64,000 nt of DNA, taken from positions 1 through 64,000 of the IMG/VR virus record IMGVR_UViG_3300025919_000136, one strand, 5' to 3'. The notes beneath the pieces were generated by a model that did not search any database, was not told where the DNA came from, and was given only the letters and a program-made list of their open reading frames with translations. This stretch comes from a virus. Every line of letters starts with the position of its first letter. Within the stretch, counting starts at the first letter, position 1. A program made the position numbers and the translations under genes. This document shows positions 26,672 through 35,673 of the stretch, in pieces.

Positions 26672-28072
26672 TTAGTCTACCGTCGCTACCAAATCTCCGT
26701 CCAACTCTGGGAACACATGCTCCCGCGTCGTCAGGTTAACAGGGTCCTTGTAGGCGCAGAGGCGAAGGTATTCGCAGGGACGGTTCCACATCTGGCAGGC
26801 GCCTGAGTTGCGGTAGGTGCCTTCGTTGGAATTGGCCCAACGATATAGGTGGGCCATCATACGGGTGAGGTCGCGAGCGGCCCATTCGTCCAGTTCATCA
26901 GGCGTGATGGATACGTTATAGCGAACGAAGTATTCTTCTGGACGAGACTGGACGTCCGCCGTGATGCGGTCGCAGAAATCGTCGAGGGACTCCTTCACCT
27001 TCTGACGAAGCATGGGGCGCTTCACGATGTTATACAGCACTCCACGCGGAGTCTCGCCGTAGGTTTGTTTCATCGCCCACAGATACAGCATGACTTGCAG
27101 TTCGAAGTTCAGCCGGTCGGACAGGGACTGCTCATCAATGTAAGATTTCGTCTTGGTCTCGAAGAGCCACAAGTGGCCTGTAGGGGCCTCGGTGGTGGGG
27201 GCGGAGCGGAATACCCCGTCATACTTGCCACGAACGGGGAAGGTAACTAGGTTCTGTGGCCCGTTGAACGGATAGGTGAAGTTTACGTCACCAGGACCAA
27301 TTTTATATGTATAGGAAACACGGAAGGTCCGCTCCAGATCTACCCAGTTCAATTCGCGGAAGTCCGTCTCCCAATGGCGGAAGTACATCCGTAGCATAAC
27401 CTTCGCCAAGGAACAGTTTACCTCGAGGGCGATGAGTTCCGTGGGCGAAGCCGTCCCCTGCAGGAGGGCTTCACGGTCCGTCTGGTAGATCTGAATGATG
27501 GCATCTTCCACGAACGAGTCCATGTTGGTGATGAAGAACTCCGGAACGTATTCCGTTTGGGTGTCGTTGGCTTCCGCCTTCGCCAATCCGTAGACGTTAT
27601 CTAGGGCGCGGTGGAATACATCGCCGAAGGCTAAGGCTCCGGACTTGCTTGGGCTGGATAGGCCCTGCTTCATTTTGATTGCCGCTTTTTCTGGGCAGAG
27701 TGCCACAAGGGCAAGTAGTCCTTGCGTCACACCATCGCGGGTTAGTTGCCAGAAGTCGGTGGGCGGTTGGGTGGAGGTTATCGGTAATGTAGTAAGGAAC
27801 GTCTTCGATCCGTCGGAGGCGTAGTATTGCGAGCCGAGAGCCACTTTGTCTAGTATTTCGAGTTCTTCGCGCTGATCATCAACTCCGAAGAACTCCGCTT
27901 GGCTAGCCACCACTATAGGGTCCGGCGTGCCAACCGTCGCAGCCACGAGGTCCATGGCTTCCTTAGCGGAGAGACCGTCCAGGTTGGGCTGTCCGGTTGG
28001 TTGGGTCGAGCGGACTTTAACTTTAGCCACGATTCTCGCCTGCCTTTGTAAACTGTGCTCTGAATTCTTCAA
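26672..28072 (-). CDS. PD-(D/E)XK exonuclease (RecB/Cas4-like)
   Basis: GDVFH, GKYDG, FETKT, QVMLY, C-terminal Cys cluster; start uncertain. Confidence 0.8.
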   Translation of the reverse strand: MKNSEHSLQRQARIVAKVKVRSTQPTGQPNLDGLSAKEAMDLVAATVGTPDPIVVASQAEFFGVDDQREELEILDKVALGSQYYASDGSKTFLTTLPITSTQPPTDFWQLTRDGVTQGLLALVALCPEKAAIKMKQGLSSPSKSGALAFGDVFHRALDNVYGLAKAEANDTQTEYVPEFFITNMDSFVEDAIIQIYQTDREALLQGTASPTELIALEVNCSLAKVMLRMYFRHWETDFRELNWVDLERTFRVSYTYKIGPGDVNFTYPFNGPQNLVTFPVRGKYDGVFRSAPTTEAPTGHLWLFETKTKSYIDEQSLSDRLNFELQVMLYLWAMKQTYGETPRGVLYNIVKRPMLRQKVKESLDDFCDRITADVQSRPEEYFVRYNVSITPDELDEWAARDLTRMMAHLYRWANSNEGTYRNSGACQMWNRPCEYLRLCAYKDPVNLTTREHVFPELDGDLVATVD

Positions 28073-28301
28073 GGTCAGCTAGCTCCAAACCTAACGAATT
28101 ACCAATTCCTTGCCACTTCTCGGATATTCGCTTAACCGTCGCTGGAGATTGTTTAAGCCCACGGACGTAGGCATAATCTATTACGGAGTAGATGCCGAAC
28201 TCTGGTATTGCTAACTGCAACCCAACACGATAGTCGGTGTCGTCGTGCTCGACATACTGAATAATCCGCAATTCTCTATCTACGTTATTGTCAGTTGCCA
28301 T
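28023..28301 (-). CDS. Hypothetical protein
   Basis: Overlap-coupled ORF. Confidence 0.5.
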   Translation of the reverse strand: MATDNNVDRELRIIQYVEHDDTDYRVGLQLAIPEFGIYSVIDYAYVRGLKQSPATVKRISEKWQGIGNSLGLELADLEEFRAQFTKAGENRG

Positions 28302-28623
28302 TAGATTGATTATTCACCAGCTGTTCAATACGTACGTTACCTTCGTCGGTGAGTGGATTCCACCACAGGACCATACCAGGGTCTTCTCCATTCAGGAACT
28401 GCAACACGTCTTCAATGGCGCGTTCGTACCCATTATCGAAGCCTTGCTTCATACAAGTACCAGGGTGTCCGCTATTATAGTGCTTCGAGGTCACTAATTG
28501 TACTTCGATCAGCACTTCTCGCAGCTTTACCTTTAACTCCGTAACCTTCGTTGTAGGCGGGGGCGGAGTAGGCGGTGGTTTCGGTGGGTATACGCCTCCG
28601 GGCGGCGGGTTGTATATCTTCAT
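28291..28623 (-). CDS. Hypothetical protein with Pro-rich N-terminus
   Basis: ATGA overlap with upstream gene. Confidence 0.5.
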   Translation of the reverse strand: MKIYNPPPGGVYPPKPPPTPPPPTTKVTELKVKLREVLIEVQLVTSKHYNSGHPGTCMKQGFDNGYERAIEDVLQFLNGEDPGMVLWWNPLTDEGNVRIEQLVNNQSNGN

Positions 28624-28838
28624 TCGGAGGTAATTCGCTTCCTGGAAACCACTTTATATTGATCGGGGCGGAGCACCATACGGTAGCCTTTCATCACGAC
28701 TTCTACTGAACCGTTCGCTAGAAGCTGCTTAACCTGGTACTCCGACCCCTTCCAGAAAAGCTGCTCGTTCCGGCGAACATTGCAGCGGAGTTGGATACGA
28801 GTTGGAACCCTACGAAGTATGGGGACTGGTTGTGCCAT
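28620..28838 (-). CDS. Hypothetical protein
   Basis: 72 aa with ribosome-binding site. Confidence 0.5.
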   Translation of the reverse strand: MAQPVPILRRVPTRIQLRCNVRRNEQLFWKGSEYQVKQLLANGSVEVVMKGYRMVLRPDQYKVVSRKRITSE

Positions 28839-28889
28839 TCTAAATTATCCCTCTTTCAGCGGCCTTTGAGGGGCCTTTCAGAAAATAGA

Positions 28890-29186
28890 TTATGAGTTAT
28901 TTTGATACTTGTTGGCGTGGTGCGGCGTATGTAGAAACTTTCTACGCAAGCGAGCCGTAGCGTCCGCTTGATAGCGGGCGCGTTGCGCCTCAGGCACCAC
29001 GTTCGCCAACGCCTCGGTGGATTGCTTGGGTTGATCCAGCTGCCAAGCTGCAATTACCATCGCCACGGCTTGATCTTGGGTGTAGCGAAGCGTACGTAAG
29101 CAGTTCAGTATGGATTGTATGTCCTCCGCCGTATAAAGCGGTGCGGTGTGGCGGGCCAGTTTAATCGCCGTTCGTGAGAGGTTCAT
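28890..29186 (-). CDS. Hypothetical protein
   Basis: Gene chain. Confidence 0.45.
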   Translation of the reverse strand: MNLSRTAIKLARHTAPLYTAEDIQSILNCLRTLRYTQDQAVAMVIAAWQLDQPKQSTEALANVVPEAQRARYQADATARLRRKFLHTPHHANKYQNNS

Positions 29187-29754
29187 GGTTAATTGGTGGA
29201 GTTGTAGAAGAGAGATCTTCGGTTAGCTTGTCGCCGGGGATAGGTTCGTAGCGGATGGGGTCTTGGTCTAGGAACTTACTGGTGAAGCTACCGATGATTG
29301 GGTCTGGTATCCGAACGGGTTGAACTTTGTACTTCGGATATCGAACCTTCACTCCTGTTTGCAAGTTCCACGTTTCAAAGTACTCTCTATACTCCAGCAC
29401 CACGTGCACGTTATCCAGCCACGGACACAGCACCACTTCGATCGGGCGAAGGTAACTGGTGGGTTTGGACGGAGCGGTTCGTTCCTCAAGCATCGAGAGA
29501 AGATGGTGGTTCAACCGTACGGAGAGCGGGATGGTGTCGGCTATATGGCGGAGTTCCTCCATCCTCGTGTGCAAGTCGGCGAAGGTTATATGCGGAGTTG
29601 GTGCGGCGGAAGCCGTGGTAGCATTTAGGGCGAACAGACCGGATGGCGAATCGGTGGTAGGACGGATACCAACGAATTCGGCAAACTCCGCCGGTACGAC
29701 TGGCTTAGGTGGTGTAGTTGGTGTAGTTAGTTCAGAGTTCATTGTTTGTAGCAA
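29161..29754 (-). CDS. Hypothetical protein
   Basis: 197 aa in gene chain. Confidence 0.5.
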   Translation of the reverse strand: MLQTMNSELTTPTTPPKPVVPAEFAEFVGIRPTTDSPSGLFALNATTASAAPTPHITFADLHTRMEELRHIADTIPLSVRLNHHLLSMLEERTAPSKPTSYLRPIEVVLCPWLDNVHVVLEYREYFETWNLQTGVKVRYPKYKVQPVRIPDPIIGSFTSKFLDQDPIRYEPIPGDKLTEDLSSTTPPINHEPLTNGD

Positions 29755-30037
29755 ACCTTTCCATTCGTTCTATCTCTTCCATCGTCTGCGCGATGGGACC
29801 GGAGAAACCCAGGTATTGGTCCGGGGCTGCAGGTGACACCCATACAGTAATGCCAGCCTGAGCAAGATCTATCAAAGTTTCGCGCCACTGATCTGGGCAG
29901 GATACCCATGCATTCAACGACACTACAATCATACCTTCCGGTGGCGGGTCGCTGGGGCGGACGGGTATGAGTTGCCTCAGCTTGCCCATCGTGAGCAGGC
30001 CGATTTCGCGGGTGTGGTTCGGGTCGAAGAAGGGCAT
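29732..30037 (-). CDS. Hypothetical protein
   Basis: Gene chain. Confidence 0.5.
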   Translation of the reverse strand: MPFFDPNHTREIGLLTMGKLRQLIPVRPSDPPPEGMIVVSLNAWVSCPDQWRETLIDLAQAGITVWVSPAAPDQYLGFSGPIAQTMEEIERMERFATNNEL

Positions 30038-30040
30038 TGG

Positions 30041-30688
30041 TTACTGAGAACCTTTCGGTAGTGCAGCTGGCGGCATTGGCCCTGGAGCCATCGCTTCGCG
30101 GAGGTCTTCCACGTATTGCGCCTTGGCTGCTTCAAGGTCCAGTTGGCGGACCACCCACGACGGATGCCGCACGGCACGCAGGCGGAAAGTATGGCCGGAC
30201 AGCTTGGCAATATGCGGAGCATAGTCCAGCGGAACTTTGCCAGTTACGATGATTATCTTCGGTTGGAGCAGGCGCACGAGTTCGGTTAGGCGCGGTGCGC
30301 ATGCCTCGATTTCGTTATGGTCTGGGGCGCGGTTCGCTGGATGACTAGGGCGGAGCGCCCACGGACGGCAAGCCAGCAGATTCGTCAGGGTATACGGGGA
30401 CGTATTCCCTGTAGCCGCAATGCACTCCCGCAACAGCTGCCCTGCCGGGCCTACGAAGGGCCGTCCAAGGACGTTCTCCCCCACTCCAGGCCCCTCGCCG
30501 ATGAACATGAATGGTGGGCGTAGATTGGCGTAGAACGGTGTAGCATTGGTGGCTGGGTCGGGGGGCACCACAATTTCGAACAGTACATGATGCTTCGCGG
30601 AGGCTCCCAACGGGCATCGTTGGCAGGTAGACCACTCCTGGACGAGTGGTTCGAGGATAGGCAGGGAGCAAATGGAGGTGTCTGGCAT
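30041..30688 (-). CDS. Uracil-DNA glycosylase family 4
   Basis: CQRCPL, IGEGPG, PFVGPAG, TNLLACRP, NRAP..E...C, HPS. Confidence 0.9.
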   Translation of the reverse strand: MPDTSICSLPILEPLVQEWSTCQRCPLGASAKHHVLFEIVVPPDPATNATPFYANLRPPFMFIGEGPGVGENVLGRPFVGPAGQLLRECIAATGNTSPYTLTNLLACRPWALRPSHPANRAPDHNEIEACAPRLTELVRLLQPKIIIVTGKVPLDYAPHIAKLSGHTFRLRAVRHPSWVVRQLDLEAAKAQYVEDLREAMAPGPMPPAALPKGSQ

Positions 30689-30696
30689 TAGATGAT

Positions 30697-30912
30697 TTAT
30701 GGTTCCTTTGATCTATGGTGAATAATTCCACTTTTAGTAATGTAGGATGCAAATAGTGGATTTGGACTGACAGGAGTACGTCTCACACCCTCCATTGTCT
30801 GTGCTGCTTTGACAGCTTTGTTACTCAGTAACCTCATACAGTATGGGCACATCGTCGGATTGGATACAACCGGTTCGAACTCCTTGCTGCACGATGGATG
30901 AGGACATGTCAT
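30697..30912 (-). CDS. Small Zn-finger protein
   Basis: CPHPSC...CPYC. Confidence 0.5.
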   Translation of the reverse strand: MTCPHPSCSKEFEPVVSNPTMCPYCMRLLSNKAVKAAQTMEGVRRTPVSPNPLFASYITKSGIIHHRSKEP

Positions 30913-31196
30913 TAGATTGGTTCGTAGGACTGGGCGAATTCGTCTGGAGTTAGGACTCCAAAATGCCTACCTTCTACATGTTGAACTACCCAGTAGTCCG
31001 GTGGGATTTCTAGTGTGTCGGTTCCCAGCTGAATCACGAACATACCATTGTCGTGTGCGAACACCGCGCCGAAAGTCTCCGGAGCACGATAGAACCGATC
31101 GCGGAACCACGTTGGCCATTCCAAGTGAGCGTTCGCTTCGTACTTCATCTGGAAGGCTTCAACTTCGATTGGGCGATGGCGGTACTTATTCACCAT
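30912..31196 (-). CDS. Conserved-type phage hypothetical protein
   Basis: KYRHRPIEVEAFQ...PDEFAQSYE pattern. Confidence 0.6.
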   Translation of the reverse strand: MVNKYRHRPIEVEAFQMKYEANAHLEWPTWFRDRFYRAPETFGAVFAHDNGMFVIQLGTDTLEIPPDYWVVQHVEGRHFGVLTPDEFAQSYEPI

Positions 31197-31416
31197 TAGC
31201 TGGATCCTCTCCTCGATGATAGTTGTCGGCAAGCAACTGACGACGCAGAAACCCAGCGGCTCCCTCTAGGTACCTGACCCTCGGATACCCTACCACGAAC
31301 TCCGGCAGCCCAAGCGCCGCACAGCATCGTTCCTCCGCGAAGTGCTGCAAGCGGAGGAGCTCCTCCAGCGAAGGGGCATCCGGATTTAGTGGGATGAACT
31401 GGATTTGGATAGACAT
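31186..31416 (-). CDS. Hypothetical protein
   Basis: TAATG-coupled start. Confidence 0.4.
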   Translation of the reverse strand: MSIQIQFIPLNPDAPSLEELLRLQHFAEERCCAALGLPEFVVGYPRVRYLEGAAGFLRRQLLADNYHRGEDPANGE

Positions 31417-31646
31417 TAGGATTGCTTCGGTAATTGTAGCGGAACATTTGCCTCGCACCCTGGCGTCGGGCAGCCAATGTACCGCTTCAGGACCTTGTCG
31501 TGGTGGTCCTTCACTTCCACTACGCGCTGCGTATCGGTGGGTTCGATTTCGAACTGTGTGCCGCACTGGGGACAGGTACCAGTTGCGCCCACCAGGGGCG
31601 ATACGGATTTATGCTGGGAGATCTTGCCTGGCTTGGTGATTTTCAT
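31416..31646 (-). CDS. Zn-ribbon protein
   Basis: CPQC...CPTPGC. Confidence 0.55.
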   Translation of the reverse strand: MKITKPGKISQHKSVSPLVGATGTCPQCGTQFEIEPTDTQRVVEVKDHHDKVLKRYIGCPTPGCEANVPLQLPKQS

Positions 31647-31653
31647 TTGATTT

Positions 31654-31682
31654 GGCCTTCCTCTGGGAGAGATGTCTCCGCG
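31654..31682 (-). repeat. 28-bp element copy (intergenic)
   Basis: ggccttcctctgggagagatgtctccgcg. Confidence 0.9.
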
Positions 31683-31703
31683 AATAGTAAATACGAACAG
31701 TGG

Positions 31704-31907
31704 TCAGTTAACTACAATAATCGTCTTCTGCAGAACGGGTGTTGGCTTGCCGTTGGCTCCCCTGATGGCGAAGTAGCGGCCTTTGCCGGTGTAGTAAATG
31801 GAGAGTTGACCTTCGACTTCGACGGACTGCTTGCCGAAGAAGGGTACCGTCTTGGCGCGAATGGTGGTCTTTTGGTTGACGAGTTCTTCGAGTTGGTTCG
31901 TGGTCAT
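31704..31907 (-). CDS. Hypothetical protein
   Basis: ATGA overlap. Confidence 0.5.
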   Translation of the reverse strand: MTTNQLEELVNQKTTIRAKTVPFFGKQSVEVEGQLSIYYTGKGRYFAIRGANGKPTPVLQKTIIVVN

Positions 31908-32440
31908 GGGTTGGGCTTAGGCTTGGTCTGATCAAGTAGCGTAGCTACCTGTCCTAGTCGACGGGAGTTCCGCTCCAAGTCCTCGGTGATCTCGTGGATT
32001 GGGCGGAGTCCTATGTAGGTAGTAAGTGCGTCCTGGGTTTGCTGGGAGTTGATCACCATCCAGTAGTTGGGGCGGGTGATGGCGTCCAGCCCGGATAGTT
32101 TCTTCTTGAGTTCCGCGAAGGCTTCGAAGTAGTCGGTGAGTTCGGCGCGGAGTTGCTGAAGCTTATCGTGCAGAGACTCCTGCTCCGCTAGGAGTAGCGC
32201 CCGCTGGAGTATGGTGAGCGATTGTGGTTCGGTATTATCCGGATTGGTAATCGTGCTCTGCAGCCATTCGTGCATTGCGGAGTCGTAAGCGAGTTGAGCA
32301 GTTTCGTCTGCCTGGTAGTACTCCTGACAGGCTCCGGGCTGGTCCTGGAACTCCAACATGCACGACTGTAGGCGTTGCGCGGCTACGATGCGGCGTTGGT
32401 TGAGTTCGAGCAGGTCGTCGGGTAGTTTGGAGGTAGACAT
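31904..32440 (-). CDS. Coiled-coil hypothetical protein
   Basis: Leu/Gln/Glu heptads. Confidence 0.5.
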   Translation of the reverse strand: MSTSKLPDDLLELNQRRIVAAQRLQSCMLEFQDQPGACQEYYQADETAQLAYDSAMHEWLQSTITNPDNTEPQSLTILQRALLLAEQESLHDKLQQLRAELTDYFEAFAELKKKLSGLDAITRPNYWMVINSQQTQDALTTYIGLRPIHEITEDLERNSRRLGQVATLLDQTKPKPNP

Positions 32441-32444
32441 AATG

Positions 32445-33026
32445 TTAGTACTTCTTGCCACCTTCCTTGGCGCGAACGTGTGGCTTATGATCCTCGCGGA
32501 CGGAGTTGTAGGCCAACTTCTCCGCCATGATCTCCGGCAACTCCGGAGCATATTCGCCCGCTAGGTCGTAGATGCGAATGAGAGTATCCGCAAGTTCGCA
32601 AGCGAACATGGAGCGGTGGGGCAACTTGTCGTCGGGTAGACCCTTGCGGTGGCCTTCCATGGCCTCGGCGAGTTCGCTGACGGCAAGCATGAGCAGTTCG
32701 CCAATGTTGCGCTGAACGTATTCGCCAGTATGTGGGTCGTTCCACCAGCCGCAAGCGACGGCGTTGCCGTGGCATTGGGCGACTAGGATTTGGGTGGCAC
32801 CAGAGATCGCGACTGGATCCAGAGCGAAGGTTCCAGTAGAGGGATACGGCGCGGCTTCGAAGCGGTCGGTTTGGTAGAGCGGTTGCGGGGTGTTCGGATG
32901 ATCTGCTGGTGCGGACGGGTCGTTCAACGGAAGTCGGTGGATTTCTGGTTGGTTGGGCATCTCGGTTCCTTTTAAGTATTGTTCGCCTAAGTACTCTAAA
33001 TATGGCGAAGGTTCAGTATTGCTCAT
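32445..33026 (-). CDS. MazG-like NTP pyrophosphohydrolase
   Basis: SELAEAMEGHRK...ELADTLIRIYD...EKLAYN. Confidence 0.8.
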   Translation of the reverse strand: MSNTEPSPYLEYLGEQYLKGTEMPNQPEIHRLPLNDPSAPADHPNTPQPLYQTDRFEAAPYPSTGTFALDPVAISGATQILVAQCHGNAVACGWWNDPHTGEYVQRNIGELLMLAVSELAEAMEGHRKGLPDDKLPHRSMFACELADTLIRIYDLAGEYAPELPEIMAEKLAYNSVREDHKPHVRAKEGGKKY

Positions 33027-33213
33027 CTATTCGCTCCCGACACTGGTCGGTTACTCGGACCCAACGGTAGCCTGCAATACGACCTTGCAACTTGGCCCAA
33101 CGACCCCGCCTACGTCGGCGGTACCACTGGAACATCGATAGTTCCAAGCCTACGGACCAAGCGGTGGCGTATAGCAGAGCTATAGTAAATAGAATGCTGG
33201 CGATTGTGTTCAT
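33013..33213 (-). CDS. Small membrane protein (paralogue of 26456-26665)
   Basis: WYRRRRRGRWAK...RWVRVTD. Confidence 0.6.
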   Translation of the reverse strand: MNTIASILFTIALLYATAWSVGLELSMFQWYRRRRRGRWAKLQGRIAGYRWVRVTDQCRERIDEQY

Positions 33214-33764
33214 TAATAGTATACTCCTGGCTGTGGTTCTGGAGTGAGTTCGAAGGTGATCGGGATCTCGGTACTATGGCTATATGGTGCTCCGTAAGCC
33301 AGTTTGTATGATGTTTGATCGCTGTCCAGATGATACGGCGGTAGCAGCGTGTATGTAGGTAATTGGGCTTGGAGCGCCATATTGGTCTCTTCGGTCAGGC
33401 CAACAGAATTCTCCCAGCCGTCCAGTTGCAGTATGAAGAGCGCATTGCAACGGGCAAGCATACGTACATCGAAGGTTCGCCAGTAGTTCCAGCCGCGCCG
33501 CTTGCGTTCGGCTTGAACGGAGTCGGGCGGAGTGGTGGTTTCGATTAGCTTCGCCAGAGGATGGTTATGTACGATAGGGCTGTATACTACGTAGCCCTGC
33601 TCCATCAGGTAAGCGGTGGCGTGGAGGGCCGCTTCGAAGCGTTGCTCCATGATGTGGCCGAAGGGGTGGTTGTATGGGCTGGCAAGGTAGATCACGCCAC
33701 GGTTGCCGATGTAGCGGAGGGCCTGAATGGATTGTTCTCGGGAGTACTCCGTAGTAGTATTCAT
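33213..33764 (-). CDS. DUF1937-like protein (NDT-related fold)
   Basis: IYLASPY, VYSPIVHNH, LDGWENSVG..EE. Confidence 0.7.
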   Translation of the reverse strand: MNTTTEYSREQSIQALRYIGNRGVIYLASPYNHPFGHIMEQRFEAALHATAYLMEQGYVVYSPIVHNHPLAKLIETTTPPDSVQAERKRRGWNYWRTFDVRMLARCNALFILQLDGWENSVGLTEETNMALQAQLPTYTLLPPYHLDSDQTSYKLAYGAPYSHSTEIPITFELTPEPQPGVYY

Positions 33765-34252
33765 GCTTGGTTAAAATGTCCTTTAAGATGTAGTCCCATT
33801 CCCACTGCATCAGATATGTGTTCGTCGAACTTCATGCCAAGACGATGCTTAATGCGGCGATCAACGACCTTCTTCGGCATGGTTCCCTTCCATTCGTTAA
33901 CTGGGAGGAAGTGGTACTTGACTCCGTTGGTATGGCAGCACTGCGCTAATCGGCCTACCATTACGGACAGCTTCACTAAGTCACCTCTAGTGGCCGACGC
34001 AGCACCGGATCCGGTTGCTACCATGAGCGCAGGATACTCAATATGGGCGTCGGTAACCTTGCCGGTTAGCTGGAGTAGTAGCTGAGTAAACTGAACTACG
34101 ATACTATCGCAGCGCTCATCCCACTCAGCAGATGGCCGCTTAGGAGCGAAGCAATCCACGGCTACTGGCGGAACTAGTTGCTTCCACAGTGGATTGCTCC
34201 ATTGGGCAACTCCGGTGCCGCCTACGCCTGGATCAACGGTTAGGGTGAACAT
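33761..34252 (-). CDS. RuvC-like Holliday junction resolvase
   Basis: VDPGVGGTG, HIEYP, EWKG, SDAVGMG. Confidence 0.8.
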   Translation of the reverse strand: MFTLTVDPGVGGTGVAQWSNPLWKQLVPPVAVDCFAPKRPSAEWDERCDSIVVQFTQLLLQLTGKVTDAHIEYPALMVATGSGAASATRGDLVKLSVMVGRLAQCCHTNGVKYHFLPVNEWKGTMPKKVVDRRIKHRLGMKFDEHISDAVGMGLHLKGHFNQA

Positions 34253-34301
34253 TACTTGGTCTGTAGGGCCGTCGGCCCATTCTCGGTTCCTTTGTATATG
34301 G

Positions 34302-34646
34302 TTATTGGGTTGGGGGTTGGTTCCTCGGCAGCAACCGGCTATGTGCCTCTACGGAGGCAATCTCGTTGGAGTGGTTCACCTTCAGCAGTGGTTCGCAGAA
34401 CTTGGCATCATATGCGGCAATCCATGCCTCCACTACCGCAATCACGAAGGACTTCGTAATGTGGCCGCTGGTTCGCTGGAAGCGAATGCAGGCTCGCGTT
34501 AGCACCGCTTGGAGGCGTGGATTGAGTCTCCACAGTTCGAACGGCGGATCGTCGGTATGCTGGTCGTAAAGGTAGGTACGCGCATAGTCCAGCGATTCGG
34601 ACAGCGTGAGCCTGGTTATAGACTTCGTGACAGGGTTAAGTGGCAT
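34302..34646 (-). CDS. Hypothetical protein
   Basis: Gene chain. Confidence 0.45.
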   Translation of the reverse strand: MPLNPVTKSITRLTLSESLDYARTYLYDQHTDDPPFELWRLNPRLQAVLTRACIRFQRTSGHITKSFVIAVVEAWIAAYDAKFCEPLLKVNHSNEIASVEAHSRLLPRNQPPTQ

Positions 34647-34684
34647 GTTGGTGAAGGGACGTTTGGAGTGGGGTGAAGGCTCCG

Positions 34685-35167
34685 CTATGTATTGGTGGTG
34701 GGGTCGGGCGGCTCCGCGATGGGGCCGTACCAGAGACCTACCAAGTTAGTGATTGGACGTCCGACTTGATCGTGAAGGACGTTGGGATCTTGACACATTA
34801 TCCTTACTCCCCAGCCCAAGTTCAGTAGTATAGGGTTCCGACACTCGTTCATAAATACATATAATCCTGATTCGCAAGGGGAGTACTTAGACCAGTAAGG
34901 ACCGCTCTGTTTTGGCCCATCTTCTGGGAGAGATGCTCCGCCTGATTCATTCGCGTGGGGTTGGGCGTTGGCGTCAATGAAGTCCGCGATTTGACGGAGG
35001 AACTTTGCCCGTTCGTGACCGAAATAATGAGGTCTACCTTCAGGTGACTCATCGTCGTATATGGTAGTAAAGATCAATGTATTTATCACTTGTTCGGTGT
35101 CGAGCTCGACGTATTCGTACGGTGGGTCTTGGTCGGGGCGCGGAATACAAAGTTTGGTTCGGTGCAT
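34685..35167 (-). CDS. Hypothetical protein
   Basis: Two modules joined at a 28-bp element copy. Confidence 0.5.
   Translation of the reverse strand: MHRTKLCIPRPDQDPPYEYVELDTEQVINTLIFTTIYDDESPEGRPHYFGHERAKFLRQIADFIDANAQPHANESGGASLPEDGPKQSGPYWSKYSPCESGLYVFMNECRNPILLNLGWGVRIMCQDPNVLHDQVGRPITNLVGLWYGPIAEPPDPTTNT
34914..34941 (-). repeat. 28-bp element copy (intragenic)
   Basis: ggcccatcttctgggagagatgctccgc, read as GASLPEDGP. Confidence 0.9.
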
Positions 35168-35172
35168 GGTGG

Positions 35173-35199
35173 GCGGAGACTCCTTCCAGAAGATAGGCC
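35173..35199 (+). repeat. 28-bp element copy (intergenic)
   Basis: gcggagactccttccagaagataggcc. Confidence 0.85.
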
Positions 35200-35200
35200 T

Positions 35201-35434
35201 TCAATTATAGGTGGGTCTGTCGTCGTTGTTATCGCTGTTGGTATCGCCCCCAGAACAGTCCAAAACCCACGCCAGGGCCACCGCTGGCCAGAACAGAACC
35301 CAGCCCACGAAGCAGCATCCAGCCGCTGTGGCAGCCAAGATACGGCTGGGGGCGGAGTGTTGGTGGACGAACATCCGGATACTGAACAGGATGGAAACGA
35401 CGATGCCCGCGACGAGGTAGAGGAATAGGAGCAT
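35201..35434 (-). CDS. Small two-TM membrane protein
   Basis: Two hydrophobic stretches, LFWP motif. Confidence 0.5.
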   Translation of the reverse strand: MLLFLYLVAGIVVSILFSIRMFVHQHSAPSRILAATAAGCCFVGWVLFWPAVALAWVLDCSGGDTNSDNNDDRPTYN

Positions 35435-35436
35435 GA

Positions 35437-35673
35437 CTATTCGTACCTCTCGTAATGTCCTGGCAGGAGGAAGTAGTGACACCCGCCACTGAGCCGAACT
35501 ACGCGTCGGTTTGGATGCAACCACTTGGCGATCTCCTCGCCAGTCATGATGAGACCGTGACGCCTCATAACGCTTTGCAGGTTAGCGGTAGTAAAAACGT
35601 TGTCAGCGTTATCAAAGAATGATATGGCTTCTTCTATCGCGTTCATCTGGCTCGCTTCTAGGTCGTTTATCAT
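35437..35673 (-). CDS. Hypothetical protein
   Basis: TAATG-coupled to helicase. Confidence 0.5.
   Translation of the reverse strand: MINDLEASQMNAIEEAISFFDNADNVFTTANLQSVMRRHGLIMTGEEIAKWLHPNRRVVRLSGGCHYFLLPGHYERYE

Noticed and set aside
26672-28072. Cas4 as part of a CRISPR-Cas system
   Set aside because: No other cas genes are present; the AAA/SSB context indicates a phage recombination exonuclease.
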